Shown piece after piece: positions 28,810 through 36,861 of a stretch of 64,000 bases of DNA; position 1 is the first letter of the stretch; every line of letters begins with the position of its first letter. Under the pieces are notes generated by a model. It worked only from the letters and a program-made list of their open reading frames with translations. It ran no database searches and was not told where the DNA came from. The position numbers were made by a program, and so were the translations under genes. Origin of the DNA: Syntrophales bacterium (lineage in GTDB: Bacteria; Desulfobacterota; Syntrophia; Syntrophales; UBA6807); NCBI GenBank assembly GCA_040767195.1, contig JAXGPA010000006.1, forward strand, positions 32,001 through 96,000, written 5' to 3'.

Positions 28810-30794
28810 CCCTTTTTACCGTATTTCTGTTTCAGGATCCGGATTTTCATTTCCGGGATCTTCCGGGCCGCCTCGGCCGAGTCGGGGTTGAGCTGATAGG
28901 CCATGGTGTAGGCCTTCAGGGCGTCCTCATACCGTCCCTTCTTCTCGTAGGCGGCGGCCAGGTTGAGGTGGGTCACGTCGTCCTCCCGGTCGTACCGGAG
29001 GGCCTTGCGGTAATTCTCTATGGCCCTGTCCAGGTCCCCCTTGGCGCTGTAAGCCAGCCCCAGGCCCGCGTAAAGTTCCCCCCGTTTCGGATCCAGGGCG
29101 ATCATTTTTTCATAGGCCTTGATGGCCCCCGAATACTCCTTGTACCGCATGGAATATTCCGCCCAGAGCGTGAACGCCTCCGGGGCGGGCTTCACCGCGG
29201 CGTAACGCTCGCAAACTTCGAGGACCTTCTTCTTTTTTCCCAGGCGGTCGTAAAGGACGGCCAGGTCCCGGTAAAGCTCCGGGTCCTTCCACCCGTTCTT
29301 CAGGGCGAGATCGAAATGCTCCGCCGCCTTACCGTCGTTCTTGAGGCCCCGGTACGCCGTTCCCGCCTTGACGTGGAGGGCGGCGTCCCCCGGCGCCCTG
29401 GAGAGCAGTTCGTCGTAAGAAGCCGCCGCTTTCCCGTAGTTTTTCGCCGCCAGGGAGACGTCGGCCAGGCGCCCCAGGGCGTCCCCGTCGCCGGACTTTA
29501 GCGTGAGAATCCGCTCGTATTCGGCGGCGGCCTCATCGTAAAGCTTCCGCTTTTCATAGGCGAGAGCCAGGTTCATCCGGACGACCGTGTCCTTCTCGTT
29601 CAGGGAGAGGGCCTTCCTGTAGTTGGCCACTTCCCGGTTCCACTCGCCCATGCCGGCGTAGGCGAGCCCGATGTTGGCGTAGGCCGCCCCGTTTCGGGGC
29701 TCCCTGGCGATGACCTCCCGGTAGAAGGGAATGGCCTTCTCGTATTGCCCCGCCTTGAGGTAGCCGTCCGCCAGGGCGTTCAGGACCGCCGGGTTTTCGG
29801 GCATGTCCTTGTGGACGGACTCGTAAAGGGCCAGGGCCTCCTTTTCACTTCCCGTCTTCTCCAGGACCCGGGCCAGCCGGTAGCGGATTTCCCCGTTGTC
29901 CCGGTTCAGCTCCAGGGACGCCCGGTAGTTGGCGGCGGCCCGCCCCCACTGGCCGAGTTTTTCGTAGGCATAGGCTATGTTGGCGTAAGCGCCGGCGTCC
30001 TTCGGGTTCTGCCCGATGATCTCCCGGTAGAGGGGAAGAACTTTCTCATATAGATCTTCCTTCAGGTACAGTCTCGACAGGGCTTCCAGGGCCGTCGCGT
30101 CCCCGGGGGATGAAGCGAGTACCTTCTCGTACTCCCGGGCCGCCTTCTCCGTCATGCCCGCCTTGACGTACAGGCTCGCCAGGGCCTTCCGGGCGTTGAC
30201 GTCCCCTTTCTGCATTTCCACCGCCCGGGCCAGAAGCCTGATCTGCTTTCGGGTGTCCTCCGTTTTCCGGGCCTGGCGAAGCCAGTCCTGGGCGGTGATG
30301 TTGATTTCAACAGGTATCAGGGCGATTTCCCGTTCCCCATAGAGGACATGGATTCCCGGCTTGGGAGCCCCGGCGCCGCTTTCCGCGGACAGGAAGCGAT
30401 CCACGATGTCCACACCCTTCAGGAGCCGGCGAAGATCGTTTTCCTCTCCCGCCCCGTCCACATCCACGGTGACTCCCCGCTGCCACAGCGTGTCCGTCTC
30501 CACGGCAACAATGACGAACTCATCCCGGTAGGTTATTTCCAGGGAGCCGTCCCTTGCCACCTGGAGATTTTCCCCGTTTTTCTCCACGGTGAGAAAGCGG
30601 AACGCGGGCGTGCGGCCCTTCACGGCGGTGAGAACGGTATTCCTCAGCCTGACGGTGAAATCCTCCACGGGCTGCCAGGACCCCGGGAGAAAACGCCAGG
30701 CCAGGACCCCCGCCGCGGCGATAACGAGGACGGCGACGGTTCCGGCGGCCAGGGCTTTCAGCCGCCGTCTTTTTCTTTCTTCTCTTTTTTTCAT
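28806..30794 (-). CDS. Membrane-anchored TPR-repeat protein
   Basis: N-terminal TM then many TPR repeats (AYANIAYAY, AYANIGLAY, HLNLAAAYEK); start uncertain (30794 or 30842). Confidence 0.82.
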   Translation of the reverse strand: MKKREERKRRRLKALAAGTVAVLVIAAAGVLAWRFLPGSWQPVEDFTVRLRNTVLTAVKGRTPAFRFLTVEKNGENLQVARDGSLEITYRDEFVIVAVETDTLWQRGVTVDVDGAGEENDLRRLLKGVDIVDRFLSAESGAGAPKPGIHVLYGEREIALIPVEINITAQDWLRQARKTEDTRKQIRLLARAVEMQKGDVNARKALASLYVKAGMTEKAAREYEKVLASSPGDATALEALSRLYLKEDLYEKVLPLYREIIGQNPKDAGAYANIAYAYEKLGQWGRAAANYRASLELNRDNGEIRYRLARVLEKTGSEKEALALYESVHKDMPENPAVLNALADGYLKAGQYEKAIPFYREVIAREPRNGAAYANIGLAYAGMGEWNREVANYRKALSLNEKDTVVRMNLALAYEKRKLYDEAAAEYERILTLKSGDGDALGRLADVSLAAKNYGKAAASYDELLSRAPGDAALHVKAGTAYRGLKNDGKAAEHFDLALKNGWKDPELYRDLAVLYDRLGKKKKVLEVCERYAAVKPAPEAFTLWAEYSMRYKEYSGAIKAYEKMIALDPKRGELYAGLGLAYSAKGDLDRAIENYRKALRYDREDDVTHLNLAAAYEKKGRYEDALKAYTMAYQLNPDSAEAARKIPEMKIRILKQKYGKKG

Positions 30795-30999
30795 CCGGTC
30801 CCCGGGGTCCGGGTCGGAACGGGTTTTGTAAATTTCCACCATCTTTCCAGCGTGCAGAAAAAAGTGAACCTGTGTCAAGGGAACAGGCGGGCCGAAGCCC
30901 CTTTCAACGGACTTTCATTACCACATTTGCCGCCCATGTTCCATAGCGGCCGAATGGGGGGCCCGGTGAAAAAGGGAACCGGGAGGGCCGCCGGGCGGG

Positions 31000-31767
31000 T
31001 TATCTGGAAGGGCCGGTCTCCCCGGGGGGGAACATCCGCGATCGAAGGAGGCCCATCCGGGCCAGGCGGAATTTCAGGGCTGTCCGCAGGCAGCCGAACC
31101 CGTAGGCGAGGCTTCTTCTGAAGTTGATGGACGAGGCTTCCTCGAAATACCGGGTAGGGCAGCTGACCTCGGCGATGGTCTCCCCCCGCCATAGAATCTC
31201 CGCCAGGATCTCGTTGTCGAAGACGAAGTCGTCCGAGTTTTCCTCCAGGGGAAGCGACTGGAGCAGCTCCCGGGAAAAGGCCCGGTATCCCGTGTGGAAC
31301 TCGGAGAGCTTGGCGTCCATGAGAATGTTTTCCACGAAGGTGAGAAACCGGTTTGACAGGTACCGCCACAGGGGCATTCCCCCTTTCAGGGCGTGGCCGC
31401 CCAGGATCCGGGACCCGAGAACGCACGAATACAGGCCGTTTCCGATGAGGGCGGCCATGGCGGGAATGAGCTTGGGCGTGTACTGGTAGTCCGGGTGGAC
31501 CATGATGACGATGTCCGCACCCGCCTCCAGGGCCAGGCGGTAGCAGGTCTTCTGGTTCGCCCCGTAGCCGAGGTTTCGTTCATGGGTGAAAACCCTCGTT
31601 TTCGGAAGGGTGCGGGCGAGGCCGACGGTCTCGTCCCCGCTGGCGTCGTCCACGAGGATGATCTCGTCCACCATTTCCTGGTCCATCACGTCCCGGTACG
31701 TCTGGTGGAGCGTTTTCGCCGCGTTGAAGGCGGGCATGACGACGATCACTTTCTTTTGCCTGTACAC
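31000..31767 (-). CDS. Glycosyltransferase family 2 (DPM1-like)
   Basis: VMPAFNA, VDDAS, NLGYGANQK, HPDYQY, HTGYRAF; GTG start with RBS. Confidence 0.88.
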   Translation of the reverse strand: MYRQKKVIVVMPAFNAAKTLHQTYRDVMDQEMVDEIILVDDASGDETVGLARTLPKTRVFTHERNLGYGANQKTCYRLALEAGADIVIMVHPDYQYTPKLIPAMAALIGNGLYSCVLGSRILGGHALKGGMPLWRYLSNRFLTFVENILMDAKLSEFHTGYRAFSRELLQSLPLEENSDDFVFDNEILAEILWRGETIAEVSCPTRYFEEASSINFRRSLAYGFGCLRTALKFRLARMGLLRSRMFPPGETGPSR

Positions 31768-31925
31768 ACCCGATTCCTTTCCCCGGAAACGTCCGCGATC
31801 CTTACATCGCACAAAATGCGCCTTGAACGCAATCCCCCTTTTCGGAACGCCCCGTTCGCCGTTCAGGAGAATGCCGCCACGGCTTTTTCACACCCTGCCC
31901 TGGCGCGGGACGCTCGGAGGAAATC

Positions 31926-31951
31926 AAAAAAAGAGGCGGCAGGGCCGCCTC
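31926..31951 (-). terminator. Intrinsic terminator after the pilin gene
   Basis: GAGGCGGC-cct-GCCGCCTC followed by a T7 run. Confidence 0.75.
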
Positions 31952-31985
31952 CGCGGGGTCTTTGCAGACCGGATTTTTCAAGGTT

Positions 31986-32375
31986 TCACTTGGCCCTCAG
32001 GGTGTCCGTCACGGCGCCGTCGGCGCTCATCACGTAACTGCCTTCGAGATGATTGTGGGTTCCCGACAGGCTGAAGGCGGCGGCGTCTCCCGAGGTCACC
32101 GTGATCGTCACGCCCTTTGTCGGCGTGTATCCGCCGGCCTTGCAGTCCTCGATGGTGACGGATTCGGCGTCGGGCCTGTCGGAAAAGTAGGCCATGGCCG
32201 CCGTGTGGCAGTTTTTCACGTCCGACCGGACCGCCGACATGTACCCCCGCGCCCGGTACTGGGCGAACTGCGGTATGGCGATGGCCGCCAGGATTCCGAT
32301 GATGGCGATGACGATCATCAGCTCGACCAGGGTGAACCCCCTTTGTCCTCTTCTTCCGTTCCGTTTCATCAACAT
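31986..32375 (-). CDS. pilA: Type IVa pilin
   Basis: Prepilin site [36 protein letters not shown]; own promoter and terminator. Confidence 0.92.
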   Translation of the reverse strand: MLMKRNGRRGQRGFTLVELMIVIAIIGILAAIAIPQFAQYRARGYMSAVRSDVKNCHTAAMAYFSDRPDAESVTIEDCKAGGYTPTKGVTITVTSGDAAAFSLSGTHNHLEGSYVMSADGAVTDTLRAK

Positions 32376-32427
32376 GCGGTGCGACCTCCTTATGAAATTC
32401 TTTTATTAAATTTTTTTCTCTCCGTCA

Positions 32428-32443
32428 AGCAAGACACATGCCA
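32428..32443 (-). promoter_or_regulatory. Sigma-54 (-24/-12) promoter of pilA
   Basis: TGGCATGTGTCTTGCT: GG-N10-GC, near-consensus. Confidence 0.8.
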
Positions 32444-32513
32444 GAGGGGCGAAACGGAAAAGGGAGGGTTTCCCCTGCCCTGCCGCCTGTCTCCCCGTTC
32501 GATGAACCGGCTT

Positions 32514-35500
32514 TCACCCCCAGTGTACGAGCCCCAGCTCCTGGTATCGAATCAGGTCCGGGTGGCTCGGCAGGACCCGGATTCCGTAAACGAACCGCCC
32601 GGCCCGTGTGGCCTGGTAGGCGCCGGCATAGCGGGCCACCCCTTCCCGGCTCCCGGCCCCGGAAAACGTCATGGGAACGATCTCGGGACCGACGGGCCGG
32701 TTCGTCTCGTCCACCGCGGCCACGACCAGCTCCGCCCGGACCTCCTCCCGGCTGAGCCGGCCCAGGGCGATGGCCGCCTCCACCCGGAGGACCTGGCCGA
32801 AATTGAGGGAATCGCCCCGCAAACCCCGCGCCTGAAAGGACAGGATGTGAACAGTGGAAAAACGGGACGCGATTTTCCCTTTCCAGTCCGCCAGGGCCTT
32901 CGCCCCCGCGTAAGCGTCGGCGTTGAGTCGGCGGGAACGCTTCGCCGCGGGAAGATACATCCTTTCCAGGTACTCCCGGAGCATTCGCTGGGTACCGAAC
33001 CGCGGTGAGAGGGTGCTTATGGAGGTTTTCATCATTTTGATCCAGTGAACGGGCAGGCCCTCCCCGTCGCGCTCGTAGTACTTGGGGACGATCTCCTCTT
33101 CCAGGATCCGGTAGATCTCGGCGCTGTCCGCCAGGTCCTGGGCCTCCCGGTTGGCGTACTCCTTTCCCTCGCCGATGGCCCAGCCGGTGCCGGGGTCATA
33201 GCCCTCGCACCACCAGCCGTCGAGAATGCTGAAATTCAGCCCCCCGTTCATGACCACCTTCATGCCGCTCGTTCCGCTCGCCTCCTGGGGACGGAGCGGG
33301 TTGTTGAGCCACACATCCACCCCCTGGACGACGGTGCGGGCCATGTGCATGTCGTAATTTTCCAGAAAGAAGACCCGGTCGATAAACCGTTCGTCCATGG
33401 TGTGCCGGTAGATTTCCTTCAGAATCGCGTTTCCTTCGCCATCGTTGGGATGGGCCTTTCCGGCGAAGAGAATCTGAACGGGCCTTTCTTCGTCCCCCAG
33501 GATGGCCTGGAGCCGGTCGGGGTCGTTGAAGATGAGGGAGGCTCTCTTGTAGGCGGCGAAGCGCCTTCCGAACCCGATGATGAGGGCCTCGGGGTTCAGG
33601 CTGTCGATTTTTCTCCTGATCAGGCGGGGCGAAAGGCCTTCCCTTTCGTAGTTCACCGCCATCTTTTTCCCGAGGAATACAGTTAGATCCTCTTTCAGGC
33701 GGCAGTGGGCGTCCCACAGCGCGCCGTCAGGGATGCCGGCGACCCTCTCCCAGAGCGCCTTGTCATCGAGGGCCCCGCCCTGGAAATCGATACCGCAGCG
33801 CTCCTCGAAAAGATTCCGCATGGGTTCGGCGATCCAGGAGGGGACATGGACGCCGTTGGTCACGCTCAGGATGGGGGTTTCCGTCTCGTCGAACCCGGAC
33901 CACACGTGCTTCCACATCTTCCGGGCGACCTCCCCGTGAAGAGCGGAGACGGCATTGGCGAAGGACGACAGCTTGAAGGCCAGGATGGTCATCTGGAAGG
34001 GGCGGTTCTCCCCGGGAACGTCCCGGCCGAGTTCCCAGAACATGTCCCAGGAAATGGCCAGGTCTTTCACGTAATCGGCGAAATAGTGCTTGATCAGCCC
34101 TTCGTCGAACCGCTCGTTGGCCGCCTCCACGGGGCTGTGGGTCGTAAAGACGGACCGGGCCTTCACCACTTCACGGGCCTCGTAGTAGGTGAGTCCCTTC
34201 TCCTTCATCAGCCACCGGATACGTTCCAGCAGGAGAAAGGCACTGTGACCCTCGTTGAGGTGATAGACGGCGGGACGGATGCCCAGGGCTCGAAGAAGCC
34301 TCACCCCCCCGATTCCGAGCATGATTTCCTGCTCGATACGAAGGCGCCTGTCCCCGCCGTAAAGCCGGGACGTGATCTGCTGGTCCTGCTTGCTGTTTTC
34401 CGGAACGGTCGTGTCGAGGAGATAAAGCCGGACCCGGCCCACGTCCACCTTCCAGGCCTGGGCATAAAGCTTCCGCCCGGGAAGGTCGACGTGAATCTTC
34501 AGGGGCTCTCCGGGGTTTTTCTCCACCGTCCGGACGGGCATTCGGGAAAAGTCGTTCTCCGGGTAAAGGGCCACCTGGTTCCCCTCCCGGTCGAGGGTCT
34601 GAAAAAAATAACCGCTCTTGTAGAGAAGGCCCACCCCGACCATGGGGATATTGAGGTCGCTCGCCGTTTTCAAATGATCCCCCGACAGGATTCCCAGGCC
34701 CCCGGAGTAGACGGGCATGGATTCGTGAAGACCGAACTCGGTGGAGAAGTAGGCCACCGGACAGGCCTCGTGGAAAACCCGGTCGGTGCCCCCATCGCCG
34801 TCCCGCTTCTCCATGAACCGGTCGTAAGCGGCCACGGTTTTCTCGTAAAGATCCATGAAGGCCGTGTCCCTGGTCAGGCCGTCGATGTCCTCCAGGCTGG
34901 CACGCTCGAGAAGGTCCACGGGGTTGCCCTCGGGCCGGGACCATATTTTCGGGTCCATGTACTCGAAGAGTTTCCGGACCCCGGGGTTCCACGACCACCA
35001 GAGGTTCCGGGCAAGGTCCCACAGGCGGCCCAGTTTTTCCGGCATCTCGGGCACCACGGTGAAGCTCCGGAAGCGGGGCGAGGTGGTGTCGGCCCCGGTG
35101 AAGGCGAATTCCCGCCCGTAGGCGCTCGAGTCATAGGCATACCGGCGGTCCGCCGTCACATGGTCGGCCAGTTCGTAGGCTTCCAGGTAATAGGGGTAGA
35201 AATGTTTCCAGTTCGCCTTTTCGGCGATTTCCCGGGCTTTTTTCTTCTGACCGTTCCGTTCTTCCTCCGGCCACAGGAGAACCCGGGCCATGTGGTCCGT
35301 CAGGTTTTTCACGATGTTGTCGTGAGATTTCCCCTGGTACTCGAGAATGAGGACCCCCCGGTTCCCGTTTTCGAAATGGTTCTTTACCCAGAGCCCGAAG
35401 CCGGCCAGGTTCGTCGTCACCGTGGGGACGGCCCAGGCGGCGCACTCGAGGGGGGTGTATCCCCAAGGCTCGTAGTAGGAGGGGAAAACCCCGAGATCAC

Positions 35501-36782
35501 AGCTCGAAAGGACTTCCTCGTAGGGCATGTTGAGAAGCCCGTCATAGCCGTCGAGATAAACGGGCATGAAAATCACGGACACGGGGTCCTCGGGCCCGTT
35601 CAAGAGGCCCTCGGCGTTGCACTTGTTCCAGATGGGGTCCCGCTGAGGGTCATGGAGCTGATGGGTGGAGACCCGCGTGATCCCCGCGCGCTGGACGTCC
35701 TGGCCTCTCATGATCTGCTGGGCCTCCGCGGAAATCCCGTAGTGGCCGCCGATGACGGATACGAGGGCGACGATCTCGTCCGCCGACCCCTGGGCCTTGA
35801 GGGACCGGTTCAGCGCCCCCAGGGATTCGAGAAAAAGATCGATGCCCTTGTTGAAGAACTCGTACCGTCCCGAAATGAGGAACACCCGAAAACGCCGGGG
35901 ATCCAGGCGCCGCTGCAGGAAGGTCGACGCGAACTCGAAGAGCTTCTGCCGGCGGTTGTCGAAGATCTGCCGGTGGACGGTCAGGTCCGGGATGGCGTCG
36001 ATGTTGATGCCGTTGGGAAGGACGACCTGGGGGGCCCTCTGGAGGAAATGGGCGGCCTCCTTTGCCGTGATCTCGCTCACGGTGGTGAAGCAGTCGCACT
36101 CCCTGGCCGTGATGGACTCGAGGGAGTGCTTCGCCTCCACGTTCATCCTGGCGGCCATCTCCCGGGGGGAAAAGCTCTCCATGTCGCTGTAGATGTCGAC
36201 CCGGTTGCCGCAGAGGGAGCGCCCGAGAACGGTGGCGTGGGTGGTGAAAACCGTGCCGACCTCGGGAACGTGCTTCTTCACGTAAAGCAGTCCCGCTCCC
36301 ATCATCCACTCGTGAAACTGGGCGACGGCCTTCCCTCCCTCGCCGACCATCCGGTCGTAGAGAACGGCCACGGCCTCCCCGAAAGCGGTGCTGTACAGAA
36401 CAGGCTCGATGTAGTCCCAGCTCCCCCGGATGGAATCGACGCCGAAATCCTGCCAGAGCTGAAAAAGGAGCTCGCTCTGGGGGTATTTGCAGACGTTTCC
36501 CACGAGAATCACCCGGGGATGCCCTTCGACGGTCCATCGGCCGCATCGGCAGGTGAGGTTCCTTTTCTTCAGCTCCTCCGTGATCGGCGGCCAGAGATCC
36601 TCCGTCGTCTCCTCGAATTCGGCGTTGTTGCCGAAATCGGGCCCGATGAGGACGTAATTGTCGCCGAAACGCTTTCGGGCGCTCGGAATCTTCGTCCGGA
36701 TCACCGTGTTGATGCCGCCGACCTTGTTGCAGACTTCCCAGCTCACCTCGAAAAGGTGCCGGACGTTGTTGTTTTCCGTCAT
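32514..36782 (-). CDS. Fused GT3 glycogen synthase / alpha-glucan phosphorylase (GT35)
   Basis: N-half FEVSWEVCNKVGG, GRYEFFNKG, FPSYYEPWGYTP; C-half YSGGLG, HLNEGH, RRFAAYKR, EASGTSGMK; ATG 36782 with AGGGAGG RBS. Confidence 0.9.
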   Translation of the reverse strand: MTENNNVRHLFEVSWEVCNKVGGINTVIRTKIPSARKRFGDNYVLIGPDFGNNAEFEETTEDLWPPITEELKKRNLTCRCGRWTVEGHPRVILVGNVCKYPQSELLFQLWQDFGVDSIRGSWDYIEPVLYSTAFGEAVAVLYDRMVGEGGKAVAQFHEWMMGAGLLYVKKHVPEVGTVFTTHATVLGRSLCGNRVDIYSDMESFSPREMAARMNVEAKHSLESITARECDCFTTVSEITAKEAAHFLQRAPQVVLPNGINIDAIPDLTVHRQIFDNRRQKLFEFASTFLQRRLDPRRFRVFLISGRYEFFNKGIDLFLESLGALNRSLKAQGSADEIVALVSVIGGHYGISAEAQQIMRGQDVQRAGITRVSTHQLHDPQRDPIWNKCNAEGLLNGPEDPVSVIFMPVYLDGYDGLLNMPYEEVLSSCDLGVFPSYYEPWGYTPLECAAWAVPTVTTNLAGFGLWVKNHFENGNRGVLILEYQGKSHDNIVKNLTDHMARVLLWPEEERNGQKKKAREIAEKANWKHFYPYYLEAYELADHVTADRRYAYDSSAYGREFAFTGADTTSPRFRSFTVVPEMPEKLGRLWDLARNLWWSWNPGVRKLFEYMDPKIWSRPEGNPVDLLERASLEDIDGLTRDTAFMDLYEKTVAAYDRFMEKRDGDGGTDRVFHEACPVAYFSTEFGLHESMPVYSGGLGILSGDHLKTASDLNIPMVGVGLLYKSGYFFQTLDREGNQVALYPENDFSRMPVRTVEKNPGEPLKIHVDLPGRKLYAQAWKVDVGRVRLYLLDTTVPENSKQDQQITSRLYGGDRRLRIEQEIMLGIGGVRLLRALGIRPAVYHLNEGHSAFLLLERIRWLMKEKGLTYYEAREVVKARSVFTTHSPVEAANERFDEGLIKHYFADYVKDLAISWDMFWELGRDVPGENRPFQMTILAFKLSSFANAVSALHGEVARKMWKHVWSGFDETETPILSVTNGVHVPSWIAEPMRNLFEERCGIDFQGGALDDKALWERVAGIPDGALWDAHCRLKEDLTVFLGKKMAVNYEREGLSPRLIRRKIDSLNPEALIIGFGRRFAAYKRASLIFNDPDRLQAILGDEERPVQILFAGKAHPNDGEGNAILKEIYRHTMDERFIDRVFFLENYDMHMARTVVQGVDVWLNNPLRPQEASGTSGMKVVMNGGLNFSILDGWWCEGYDPGTGWAIGEGKEYANREAQDLADSAEIYRILEEEIVPKYYERDGEGLPVHWIKMMKTSISTLSPRFGTQRMLREYLERMYLPAAKRSRRLNADAYAGAKALADWKGKIASRFSTVHILSFQARGLRGDSLNFGQVLRVEAAIALGRLSREEVRAELVVAAVDETNRPVGPEIVPMTFSGAGSREGVARYAGAYQATRAGRFVYGIRVLPSHPDLIRYQELGLVHWG

Positions 36783-36861
36783 TCCCGAACCTCCCTGTGA
36801 CAGGGTAACACGCTGACCGTAGTGCCGCCGCCGATGCAGGGGCGTGGCGCCGGCCTCCGCT

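Noticed and set aside
31000..31767. GT2 as a pilin glycosylation enzyme
   Set aside because: Adjacency only; a terminator separates it from pilA and no oligosaccharyltransferase is nearby.
33705..36800. 1031-aa plus-strand ORF and other long antisense ORFs (1611-3107, 10327-12621, 19386-20849, 36844-38523, 41568-43094, 57143-58414)
   Set aside because: They lie opposite well-supported genes and have no recognisable motifs; such shadow frames are expected in high-GC coding DNA.
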